A stretch of DNA of 64,000 nucleotides from Tubulanus polymorphus (lineage: Eukaryota > Animalia > Nemertea). How positions within the stretch are numbered: position 1 is the first letter of the stretch; each line of letters begins with the position of its first letter. Of the stretch, positions 38,001 to 48,100 are shown piece by piece. The position numbers were made by a program, and so were the translations under genes. The stretch spans positions 16,293,807 through 16,357,806 of the forward strand of contig NC_134031.1 in the NCBI RefSeq assembly GCF_964204645.1, in the 5' to 3' direction. Under the pieces are notes generated by a model. The model had not been told where the DNA came from. It searched no databases and saw only the letters and a list, made by a program, of their open reading frames with translations.

Positions 38001-41000
38001 CACAGATGGTTTCACAGATGGTTTGCCAAAAATCGTAAGATTTTTTCTAAATCTGTAATCGTGAATTTTGAAAAAAGAAATAGATTCTATATTTTCCACT
38101 AACTTTACTTCTTTTGATAGATAACGAAACCGCCTAGTTTCAGGAATCCTAAGAATACTATACATTATGCATTTTGTTCAATGTTTTTTTATCAGGCTAA
38201 GTATATCCTTTGATAATACTACAGTACTGTATGATATCTGGACTGACTGACTACTCCCACCAATTTATATTCAGCGTATGACAAAGCACTCGGGGAAGCC
38301 CGATATCAAACGCTGTACAGATATAGATTCCCTTTATTGAACCGATAATGCCCGAACTGAACCATCTGGATAAATAATGTTGACACAATAGCACCGCACA
38401 AGCGCAGCAATCGACTTCTCTACACTAGCGCTGAGTGGATTGAGGTCGACTTGCGCTAGAACTGCGCAGAACGGTTCAATAACCGGCGAACAGCAAAGTT
38501 CACCAGCTCATTAACCGAGAATAGCCGAATAACCGAGAATCATAGGATCGCCCGACCTATTTATAATTTCCTGGGAAACGACGTCTGGTTTCGATCCACT
38601 GAAGAACGCACTAACATCAGTTCCCCGAGATATCATGCGCTACACTATATGAATACACTGTGCTGTGCGAACTATTATTAAGGTACATGCTATTCACAAA
38701 TCCTTAACGATGAACAATGACTTTATCAATATGTAAATAAGTTAATTACTAGGAGTACTCTTGAGTCATAAGAACACCAGTTATACGCGTAATCTGATAT
38801 ATATATATATAGGCGTAGTGAAGAGTACGGTACTTTAAACTATGTCAGTCACCATCGATTAACACTACTAGAATGAATGTACTATTGAAAGATGCAAGGT
38901 ACAAGCAGACCTTATGATGTAGTGCACACCAGGTCATGTCTGACGAGATGACATACATACAGGCTAGACTCCAGTTCCTAGAAGTTTAACCTGACCTGTT
39001 TAATGGTTAAATACACGAATTTATGTGGACTAAACGCATTTTCATGTCTGGTAAATAAAGTACGATCAGCAGCTATTGTTCTATTTCACCAGTTTAGTAT
39101 AATATATCAATATACACCCCACCCACCCTGACGTTATTATCAGTAAATGCCATGTACCGTTGGAAACTAAGTGAAAGGTTTAATCTGCAGGTGAATCTAA
39201 TGGATTCATCGCTGTGAACGATTATCAAACTGTGTTGATCAAAATATGCCATTAGCATTAGACAACCAACCCAAAATATTTTTCACAACTATATTTTGAT
39301 TGGTAGGTTGACAGATTAGAAAACTCTGAACAGCATTTGAATCAGCCTGCCCACCACCATTCGGGGGCAATGTCAACAGCTTTGAGGTTTGTTTTCTTCT
39401 GTCAAGAGTGTCTGTCAAGTTTGTGTGTACTTATATTTTTGCCCCATGTGTTTACTAGTCACCGTTGTGTCAAGGTCAACCAACTATCACTATGTATGTA
39501 AGATAAAATGCACCAAAATGTTCAGTTTTAATTTTGGCAAGTGGTTGTTGGTGTTGCTCGACTTTGGCCAGGTCTGTCCTTGCCGGAATATCCTCATATA
39601 TAGAAAAAAAGTCCAGATAGAAACAGATGTACAGTCGGACCCACTCAATGGAGACTCTATGTACAATCCGACCCACTCAATGGAGACTCTATGTACAGTC
39701 TGACCCACTCAATGAAGAGTCTATGTACAGTCCGACCCACTCAATGGAGAGTCTATGTACAGTCTGACCGACTCAATGGAGAGTCTATGTACAGTCCGAC
39801 CCACTCAATGAAGAGTCTATCTGCATTCTGACCGACTCAATGGAGAATCTATGTACAGTCCGATCCACTCAATGGAGACATAATGTACAGTCCGACACAC
39901 TCAATGAAGAGTCTATCTGCATTCTGACCGACTGAATGGAGAATCTGTGTGCAGTCCGACCCACTCAATGGAGACTCTATGTACAGTTCGACCCACTCAA
40001 TGGAGACTCTATGTACAGTAAACTGAATGGGGACATTATGTACAGTCCGACACACTCATTGAAGACCCGTCAAGAATCATTTGAATGAAACTTTTGATAA
40101 TGAGAATAAATGAATTTGAAATAAATGTCAAACTTACTGATTTTATTTTGCGGTGTCAGAATTAGGGTGTGCGGCTTCTTCGTGAATTTCAACTCTTTGG
40201 CGACATGACAAGCCGTTAAAGGACTGTCCCCGGTGATCATCACAACCTGAAATAATTTCCAAATAATGAAAATATTGACAAAATATACCGGTAATGGTCA
40301 ATCATTTGGGAGATGTGAATGCGGATACTTACATGATGTGACGAGTATTGAACTTCTTTGATTACTGATTTTGAATCCAATTTAAACGGACAAGAGATAA
40401 TAACAAATCCGGCGAATTTTAAATTACACTCCACATTGTCTCGGCTTATTTCTCGCAACTGAAAACATAATTTACAACCAATTTAGCTAAAAAGCCTCGG
40501 GGGGGTTTGCAACGATTCTTAAATTCAACTAAAATGTCAACTAAAATGTTGACAGCAGATGAAATATCTTAATTAAGCACATGTATATAGGAATATTAGG
40601 AAATCAGATTTCTTTCAAAGAATCAATATTGAAGCACAAAAACGCAATTATCTATAGTTAAAACAAAATTACCTCGTGATGGGATAGATGGCCGAGTTTT
40701 TTATATCCTAGAGCTAGCACACGGGCTCCACGCCGAGCTAATGTCAGATAGATATCATCGTAGTTCTTCGGCACATCAGAGAACTGTACACAATACAAAA
40801 TACAGGCTTTCCTTTTAAACAATTTACTGAACTAGTAGATGAAGTAAGTCATGCGGCCTAAATCGCGTAAGTCATCGTTGCATGCTGCCATGAACATTAT
40901 GTTGACAACTTATCCGAATGATGACTTATTTTCAGTGGATTGATTTGGTAGACTTATCCGATGATGACCTACTTAAGTTTTGACTGCGCCTTCGAAACAA

Positions 41001-44000
41001 TCATTGTCAAAATAATGAGTTTGAAACGTAGACTTACCATCGAACGCAAAGTTTCCGGAGCGCCTTTGACCGTAGCGACGTAATCGGTCTCGGGAGATCC
41101 GGCCGGGGTGTAACCGGCGACGACCGACATACGTTTTAACGAGCTGGCGAAATGAAATCGCTGGAATATCTTCAACGGATGGGTTTTCATCCTCCTCGGC
41201 ACGACGGCTTCGCCTGTCACGAAAAATCGGGATTTACACGAAAATCGATCGAGAATTTCTCCGAGATGATGACCGAAATACGCGATCACTGGTTACCTTT
41301 AGTTAACGTCCACTCGACGGCGCTCAGGGTCGCTTTCTCCAGCGGATCTCCAACCATATCGTCATCCAGCTGAACTAGAGCATGGCAAGTAGCCAACACC
41401 TGCGCCGTTTCTAAAGGCGCTTCACTAACAGGGGCTATTTCCTCCTTTCCACTAGAATAATGTGAAAACACAATGAGAAAAAAATGTTAACGAATTATAT
41501 TTTTTTTTCTTATTTTAATTCATGTCTTCGATTAGAAAAATATACTTCCACATACTTGATGCCAGCCACTCCTTCGACGACCAGACAATCACTGGTTAAC
41601 GTTCCGGTTTTATCGAAGCAACAAATATCGATTTTCCCGGCGAACGGAATACGGAACGGTTCCGTACAAAATATGTCTGAAATAGGATAGTACAAATGAT
41701 TATATTTAACCCTATACGCGCCGCTCCAGAGACGGTCGGGAGTGTAATTTTACCCCAAACTGCCGCTACCAAAATAGTCGGGACCTGAATGAAATTCACT
41801 AGGAAGTGTCTCTAGCTAGCGGATATTGATAGAATTCTATCGGTAGTAAAGATGCAAACTTAACTTCAAGGTTGCATAGTTTTTATGGAAAAATTTTACA
41901 AGTTACACTAAAAAAGTGACTTAAAAATACCAGCAGTGAAAGCGTTAATTCATGAATCAAACTTGATCGATTGCTACAGGGACAAACAAGATGCACGCGC
42001 CTTGAAAACCCATTTTTGCGTGACGATTTTCTAGCACTCGTAATCAGACCATGTCAAAAAGTCTAGACAGTTAGATACTCACGAAGTTTAGTAAGTGCGA
42101 GTAGTGATGTGTTGACGGCGAGTGACAGTTCAATAGGTAATTCGGGTGGTACAACTGACGTCAAAATCAACGTACATTCTAAGAACAGTTTGTATCGGTT
42201 TCTCGTTGGATCTTCTGTGCCTAAAATTCAAGAGAAATACACGACAATATGAATACAAGATGCTATAATACGGCGTACAGGGCGTGTTCTTTGCACTGCA
42301 CAACAAGACCCCTGTACTAACATTGTACTAAAGTTTAATCAAGATCGACCTACTATTAATGAAGCTAAGTAGCTGAAAGACAGACGGTACGAGAATAAAG
42401 GGTCTCACGGAAGCCCGTGAACCAATAACAAACCTTTGATCCAGACGTAGGCAGCAGCCGCGATCGCAAAGAATAGCAGAAACAAAATGAACATGAAAGT
42501 TTCGATGTTGTTCGCCGTGACTCGTTTCACGCCGTATAAAATCGTTCGTAGCAGACGACCTTGAGCCGTGTTGAACCCGGTCTTCAGTACATACGCGATA
42601 CAGCCGTTATCATGAGCTGAAAATTAAAACGATCGGAATCATTATCGAATTCAATCGACTTGAATCAAAATAATTGCGAATTGCTTTTCACGGATCTTAC
42701 AGATCAGGGAATCCAAAATTCCTTGTATTTCCCCCATTGTTCCCCTGACCCTTGACCAAAGATTCCCGAATTAGATATTAGATTTTAAGTTATCTTCAGA
42801 GGGGCTGTTTCTTTATAAGAGGTTCTTTTTAGCCACACATCACCACCAAGTACAACAACACATCGCAACTAAAAATTTCCTGACTTTTTCCTGATATTCA
42901 GGAAGAGCCAGAATTCCCTGATTTTACCCGCAGGGAAAAAAATAAACCCGTAATTCCTGGATTTTCCCCCGATCTGTAAAAAGCCTGTCTTCCGATAATA
43001 TACGGATTAGAAATGGTTCACATTTCTGTGGTTCACATACTTACATTTAAGTCCCGGGCCTGTTTTACTAGGAGGTGAATGTTGAACGATTTTTGTGCCA
43101 CCGCAGAGAACGTGCAACTTAGAATCAACTTCCATATCGAGCACGTGATTCGGCTTCAGAGTTTCCAAAGCTTCCTGTTAAATAATCATAAGTATAAGTA
43201 TTTCATTGATGATTCTTTTATTTTCCCAAATGGAAAATGGACAGACACCATCTTACAAATAAGATAGGATACCATCATACTACAATCAACATTTTTTATT
43301 GGTGACTCGTTGATAAAGGTGATTTTCATGAAAAATTGCTGAAGAAAGTTGCCCTTGGCAAATGCAATACATGAAATCTATATAGCAAATGAATCCCCAA
43401 TTCATCCCCAACTGAATTACCCAAACATTTCCATGATAGGAGAAAAAAATTTCCCAAATATTTCCAAACTGGGAATACTATTTCAAAATCCCCAAGAAGT
43501 TTTTCTAAATTTCCCTGTACTGTTGAAACCATGGTTCATGTATGGTAATTTTTTATCATTTTATTTTGGGGCACACCCTATTGTTTGCTCCAGTCTCTAG
43601 ACGAGGATTTCCTATCAGTGCATTAAATTTTATGTTCAGCATTTTAGGAACTTATTGAAATAAGCTGCTTTTTATTTAATATGTTTAGTGTAATAATAAT
43701 GAAGTTTAGTACGGGCATAAGCCTGGTTTAAAGTACGCACCTTCATGACGGGAACAGATTCTCCCGTTAACATCGACTCATCGACGATACACGGACCTCT
43801 CAGCAGCAGCATATCACACGGAACAAGTTTCTCATCCTGAGACCGTCCTGTACGATCGTACGAAAACACACATTATCATCGACACTTCAAACAGTTAATT
43901 CAATACGCCTATAATCGATTCAACTGACCTATAGAAACTATATCTCCAGGTAAGAGCTGATCGCTCATGATGCCGCGCCACTTACGATTTCTATAAACCT

Positions 44001-46158
44001 AAAATATATACATATATCGTATAGATTCTCACACAATTAATAATCATTTTCAAAGTTATCATCAATTCTTAGGAGAATCTCGAAATCTCAGAAGTCTCGA
44101 GGAGTTCGGTTGAAGAGCAGTGTTATAAATCAATAAACGTGATAACAGGTAGCTCGTGTCAGGCGAACTGATCTCAGGAATTTTGTGCAAATTAAGATCG
44201 GGTTTTAGGTCCTTGAATATATTTCTTTTAGAGTTTTCAAGGTATCAAGGAGTAGGACTAAGAACCCTGTTTTCTTTTAGTAGAGAGTCAACCGACTTTT
44301 ATGCCCATATGTGCGTAGTTTATTTCTTCATTTATTATACCTGATGAGGCTTAAGTGACTTAATATAAAATGTATCTATTATTTTGAAGGATGAATTTTG
44401 TTATTGATTTCGATGCGTCTCTAACCCTGTGTTCTATTGAACTGGTAGCAGGGAATACGCCTCGCTGATGGAAGGTATCGAAAACTGCAATGATTGAATG
44501 GGGTCATTCATTTATTACGTACGCATTTGGGGAGGGGGAGGGGTCAGTGCAATTGCGTACTGTAATGCTTAATGTGTATGACAAAATGGCCGATTTTGCG
44601 CACAGAGGGGGAGGGGGGTTGAAAAATTTAAATTTTATGCGCACGTAATAAATGAATGATCCCAATCGGAAAAGTCCCTCGACCGGATTCACTACGAAAC
44701 TAGAAATAGAAATACCTGCAACATGTACGGTTTATTTCCCATTTTTCGTATTTCCGACATGTTTCTCATTTGTTGCTGCACGAGAGTCGCCTCGAACGCG
44801 ATCAACATGAACAACGTGAACACGCTGTAATACCAGTATTCGTCTAAACACCACAGACCGACGCAGAACACTTGAAACACGAAAAACGGCGCCGTAGCCC
44901 GCTCCAGAAACAGCTCGCCGAACTTCGGCAGATCTAACACCATACTGAAAAACATTCATATCAATTATCACGGTAATTTTTCTAACTCTTTGGGGAGGTC
45001 TTGGCAAACACAGGGGCTTAAGATAAGTAAGTGAATCGGTTGAACCTCCTGGTTTAAGTTTACAGTCTATAGTTCATTCATCCAACAAGGCAAACTTATA
45101 ATTCATCAGCAACTAGATTGAATTATTTCGTGTTTCAGAAAACAATTCAATTTAATGAAATGCATCGATTATGGAGCGACTACAGTTTATGTTCCCTAAT
45201 GCTTATTTACCTAACTTTACGGAAAGGTGACCTAAACTGCAGTTAGAAACAAAATATGATTCTAACACAGTTACCCTACAGGTTTCTGGTTTTCCGAGAG
45301 AGGGTTTTACGAACCTATTGTTCCCATATTTTCTTTCAGCGGCTTCGACTTCAGAATCTTCCCCATATCCCTTACAATTCATATACTCATGAACGGATAA
45401 ATTAATCGGAAACGAAACCGGCTCAAAGCGTTTTTTCTCTTCGGAGTCGTAAAGATATTTCGACTTTTGGAATGTGAACCACAATTTCTCCGTTTTGCCA
45501 TCAGGAGTCTGAAAAAAGAGAAAACGCTTTTTTAGGTTACTCGAAATGAATTCAAAGTGAAATAGATTTTTTGCGTATTATTGGACTGAAAAAGTCTAAC
45601 CTTGTCATGGTGCAGAGGAACCAGTTCTGTGTATCCATTATTAGGGGTGGGTACAACTTTAACAAATGTGGCTTCAGAGGGATTTTTGACCTGTAAATTT
45701 AAAGAACAGTGAGATTGAGTACACAGACGACATATCCATATGTCTTAAATTGAAATGGAAATTGAAATAAGATTGACATCTTTTTTCAACCTCTGGCCTT
45801 CTTTTTCTTTTATGTTTTGATATATTAAAATCTAATTCTCTCGAATTTAAAACGATGGAGAAGGAATGATTTCAAATGTTCAATGACTGACCCTAGAACA
45901 CGACAGCAGCACTCGAAATTCCACGAACCAGAAACAAAACAGTGACACCAAAATTTGCACCAGGCCGATAATAGCTAGCGATATTAAACCGGCCTCCTGG
46001 TAGTCGAATACCCCGTAAACAAAACACCATAAATAGAACCATGTACAGTATATAATAACGAACGGGCCGATGTAACCGTGTAGAGCTACGTGTCTGAAAT
46101 TGTGCAAAGATAGTCGCTGAATTTCTGCATTCATCGTCGGCTTTGCGGACGCGGCCAT
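26070..46158 (-). CDS. ATP13A1: P5A-type ATPase ATP13A1 (multi-exon)
   Basis: [41 protein letters not shown] (P5A signature), [42 protein letters not shown] and [14 protein letters not shown] across canonical exons. Confidence 0.95.
26843..27126. mobile_element. Tc1/pogo(Tigger)-like MITE
   Basis: TA|CAGTTAAATCCGCTTAAT ... ATTAAGCGGATTCTACAG|TA inverted ends with TA flanks. Confidence 0.6.
28354..28722. mobile_element. Composite MITE (CAGGG-type ends carrying an internal Tigger-like piece); copies ~56220-56670 and inverted ~19795-20206
   Basis: Shared blocks GTCTGCATCACTTTCAT, CCTAATTGGG(A/T)AAAA, TTTCTAATTGCC and AAAGCATTTTCCGT in the same order. Confidence 0.65.
29988..30161. mobile_element. 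Tc1/pogo(Tigger)-like MITE
   Basis: TA|CAGTGGAACCT ... AGGTTCCACGG|TA. Confidence 0.65.
30825..31018 (+). repeat. 5' LTR
   Basis: TGTTTCGAAAG...TTCACGACA, contains TATATATTT and AATAAA; identical to 3' LTR by eye. Confidence 0.95.
31022..31039 (+). promoter_or_regulatory. Primer binding site, tRNA-His type
   Basis: TGGTGCCGTGACCAGGAT versus the complement of the eukaryotic tRNA-His 3' end TGGTGCCGTGACTCGGAT (16/18, from memory). Confidence 0.8.
31038..36365 (+). CDS. BEL/Pao Gag-Pol polyprotein (first ATG at 31038)
   Basis: DUF1759-like Gag ([16 protein letters not shown]), three Cys/His knuckles, protease [10 protein letters not shown] ([18 protein letters not shown]), RNase H (HIFADAS), integrase ([18 protein letters not shown]) in PR-RT-RH-IN order. 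Confidence 0.95.
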   Translation: MGSEGRLTAIRRAQRGQMTKIFGKTEEKLAEILLVDESSRTLETVQPFSTLIDALFTKFEYLRQLDQQLMDEIADETELTNTIVESDDYLTEIQIKLGRFKLNLDNLLAKIPKPQSLNESVSTINRSSTTSTGSKKVNLPKLALPNFDGDILKWSTFYDNFISAVDSDPHLDDIQKFQYLVAQLTDEAARTIEGLQITSANYKEALTILVERYGQPHKIVNAYIRALLDLQPPQDHESLREFYDSLETYIRGLRALGKSEDAFGDILVPVVFDKLPSPVKTQISREHGDRAWTLKELRDAIRKEIQATQAGASCVNFDNEKLSALHISTKTRKNPASKNNSCAFCKGPHTAFSCDIIVNPKKRQDIIKANRKCYNCFGNHMVTACQSKYRCKVCKGKHHTAIHIDRYTDTHIESKNIHVNIAPTSSPVLLKSAIGQINYGSNSTTVNILFDEGAQCSFITKKSVNELGVRLDKFEKQDVNISTFGDNSPGARTLRSIDLKLRTRKGEIGLRALVVPEICPPIQNNVKLAVTNHPYLRNLPLAPYVNTSNCEINLLIGADYYWSIVENEVVRGAGPTAVSSKLGFLLSGPINLNANTSVLHTTCLLNTIHSNDEFSKLSNYWDLEVIGIKETIKSETMNFETYRDNYLKRDTSGKYIANLPWKEDYPPLPTNFDICTARTRSMVKRLSPELRQTYNAIIAEQLSREFIEIVENDDKSQGHYIPHHSVKKESITTPIRIVYDCSCKQGDNPSLNDCLESGPSLINDLVQILIRFRTNNVAFTSDIEKAFLNVKLGENDRNFTKFLWLSDPTDPDSPFKVYRFKSVLFGSTSSPFILNSVVKTHLQSENTEISIDMQSNIYVDNVLSGSHNAKKAIEYFEEATNTMSRGGFILRSWATNDPDLRSLIKQQAMGENNEIVNVVGLQWDTISDTLQFSKAIKDPAMCTQSVVSKREVVSVTASLFDPLGLLSPVHIQAKMFIQKLWQSKQTWDEPLSDELSSLWFEIHQQLYACQHTAIQRPYFGQPTSECELHIFADASPNAYGAVAYLKTDKSTSIIMAKSRVKPLKEVTIPRLELLAALIAARLAKFIRDAFDKSNLSLTKCVLWSDSQITIHWIRSEKKLPTFVENRVREIRSVKFDIINYCPTKDNPADLLTRGINTQDLDNSRLWWFGPTWLPNGDWPIDRLNNSTALYCSVNNSESHSQQCAELASTNSISVLSTTATPSEPSGIQKVIDVEQFNSLNKLLRVTACVLRFISIMKKTCQPRHNHITVPEIRLARTTWVRSLQDDEFSNEIKCIQKGGRGTQLTKQLNLFTDKEGLIRCGGRFQNANLNYNAKYPILLPSKHPYTKLVISDAHKMVLHSGLQSTLCYIRQSYWIPRIRQIVSPIIRKCSVCIRHDGKSYRAPITPPLPACRLKEAPPFTITGVDFTGHLYHRTKHSKQNKAYICLFTCAVSRAIHLEIVTDLTPASFMRAFRRFASRRSLPSQLISDNGSTFLSAENDIKEIFKSTKVRNFLSNKLVTWTFIPKRAPWFGGFYERLVGITKNTLKKVVGRACITLDELSTLITEIEATINDRPLTYMTNDDNEIIPLTPSHLICGRMITLLPQPVVEENELIDPNFNLPPIGFSDAKKRMKYLDSLFQDYWIRWRNEYLPTLRENHCQTLKRGGITENHVKIGDIVIVHDDSKKRIFWQLAIIEGLNKGNDGLVRSAVIRTKNGITNRPLKKLYPLEINSDSGEKMNDESSPLISNIQPPMKIKRNAALNARNKIKNWCDKLVD
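37024..37037 (+). other. PPT-position tract next to the 3' LTR
   Basis: CCCGCCGCCGGGAG immediately before the LTR TG, the GC-rich form seen in many BEL/Pao elements. Confidence 0.6.
37038..37231 (+). repeat. 3' LTR
   Basis: Identical to 30825-31018; followed by CTGTG target duplication. Confidence 0.95.
38228..38644 (-). mobile_element. Probable solo LTR of an unrelated retrotransposon
   Basis: TGTA(TGATATC)...(GATATCA)TGCGCTACA inverted termini; on the - strand TATAAATA (~38566) is followed ~225 nt later by AATAAA (~38338); no clean target duplication. Confidence 0.5.
39627..40068. repeat. 32-bp minisatellite, ~14 units
   Basis: Consensus ATGTACAGTCCGACCCACTCAATGGAGACTCT; units start at 39627, 39659, 39691 and so on. 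Confidence 0.95.
44501..44663. mobile_element. MITE with GGG(A/-)TCATTCATTTATTACGT inverted ends; partial copy ~23571-23674
   Basis: GGGTCATTCATTTATTACGT ... ACGTAATAAATGAATGATCCC. Confidence 0.7.
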
Positions 46159-46469
46159 CTTTGCTCGGCAGGTGTGAGGGCGCCACCGGACGGTGTTACA
46201 TGTTACCCGTGCAACGTGTCCTTATCAGTAGGCAGGAGGTCGGGGCATTTCATTCAACTTATCATATATTTGACTCTAAACTGTAGCCACACCAGATCAT
46301 TAAGAGATTTAGATTCATTCCGCTTTTTCAGAAAATGTCAAAACAAACTCCAGCAGGAAAGAATCCCAGTGTCAATGTCAGAAATGTCAAAATCCACCAA
46401 AAAATAAATAATTTCACCCAATTTTCTAAAAACAATATTTACAAAAATTTTATTCTTATTTTCAAATTT

Positions 46470-47893
46470 TCACACTATCGTTTCTTCGCTTCGCAAATAT
46501 TCGCCTATGTCCGCTTGGTGAAAGGCGACTATCGTCATCGGGTCAGTATGTCGGCATTCTTGCGTCGATTTAGCCGCTACACCGAAACCCTGAAAATCAT
46601 CGGCAAATATAAATAATGATTTTATAATGAAACGAGTAGAAAAAAATCTACATTCCGGAAATCGAAAACGAAGTGCTGGAGGAGGTCTTACCAAAGGAAT
46701 ATCATTCATAGAATAAACGACAAGGCCTTGATATTGAGGAGTATTTTCTGTAATTCTTCCCAGTCCTGATTTCATGATGTGGTGACCGTACAGGAATTGC
46801 TGCTCTGCGCTCGGTTTTACCCAGATTTTGAACTGTAACAATAAAATACCAATAGTTGAAAAAGCACAACATATTGAAAATAGTAAATGTACCCGATTAA
46901 GTTAAGTAAAATTAAGCTAAAGCAAAAAAAAAGTTGATATCTTGTTTCCTATTTATGCTGAGCTTAATTCCTGCTTAGATCAATAGTTGACCCAGCCAGC
47001 TGCCTATCTACCCTGTACATTATTTTTCTCAAATCAAGCCAACTATACCAGACTTGGTAGTTATAGAAATGAACTGATTACAAATTTTACTGCCGGTTAG
47101 GAGAAACAAGGTATCATTTTTTTAGCCTAATCGGAAATATTGACCGCAAAGAAAAATAATTAAGCAATAAATTCAAGGTTTTCATTTTGGAATAAATTGA
47201 TTTTCTTGTTGACTAACCTTGGCATATGGGGCTAGGAAATCTAATGCGGTAATGTGAAGTCTGAAGTTTCCGGTTTTCGTGAATTTTCCAAAACATGTTC
47301 CGAAACTGAGCAACTCCTCTCGTGCGACATGTGCGGCTTTCTTCAAAATAAACTCACTGAAATATATACATCAAAAGACAATGATTAATGTACTAACTAC
47401 TCCGAGTAAAATCCGCAGAAAAATCTTAAAATAGAGCCTGAATTAAATGAAGTAAAATAATTGAAACTAAGTTAAATCTAAATCTTAAATATAAATCTGG
47501 TGTCATCTATAAGCGCAATTGATCAACACATGATAGCAGGAGCTTGAAAAATGCCCACAATGGTCAGGTACATTAATCCGAATTTTAAGCTTTTCGAAAT
47601 CTTTTTACCTGACATAGAAAACACGCTCTTTGTGAAATCTGAAGCAGTAAGTTCCATCCTCGCGATCGATTAGCAATTTGATGTTTTCACCGATGCTGAA
47701 AAATGAAATCATGAAACGGTTTATTTCTGTAATTAGTGCAAATATTGCATTTCCCACACACGTGTTTCGATGTACTATTCACTATTGGTGAATACCAAAA
47801 ACGCGACAGAAAATGAATGAAAATAAAAATATCTTACTATTTTGATAATTTTTCGAAAAAATTTCGAGTTTCTTCATCTGTTAAAGGTCTCAT
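46470..47893 (-). CDS. NIP7: 60S ribosome biogenesis protein NIP7
   Basis: Exons 47893-47838, 47695-47609, 47356-47218, 46832-46692 and 46589-46470: [24 protein letters not shown]...GTCFGKFTK...[16 protein letters not shown]...[12 protein letters not shown]. Confidence 0.96.
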
Positions 47894-48100
47894 TTTGTAG
47901 TTAAATGCGGATTTTTTAATAGGAAACGTGATTTTTAGCTCCACAGTGGATTTAATTGAATTGGTTATTGCTAAATTACGGATGGGGATGCAACCACATA
48001 GTCCCGTTCCGCGTTTTCTGAATCTGGCTACAATGAATTCAAATTAAATTTTATTCGGCACATTTTGAAAAGCTTCCTCGCTTTCCTTCTGCGAAAAGTC
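47894..48100. promoter_or_regulatory. Probable bidirectional promoter NIP7/ELP5
   Basis: Divergent ATGs only 207 bp apart. Confidence 0.65.

Noticed and set aside
39627-40068. CRISPR-like array
   Set aside because: Units are contiguous with no unique spacers, there are no cas genes, and it lies in a eukaryotic intron; it is a minisatellite, and the ORFs across it are artefacts
40215-40240. ATP13A1 TGDS instead of TGDN
   Set aside because: This position varies among P-type ATPases, and the other catalytic motifs are intact
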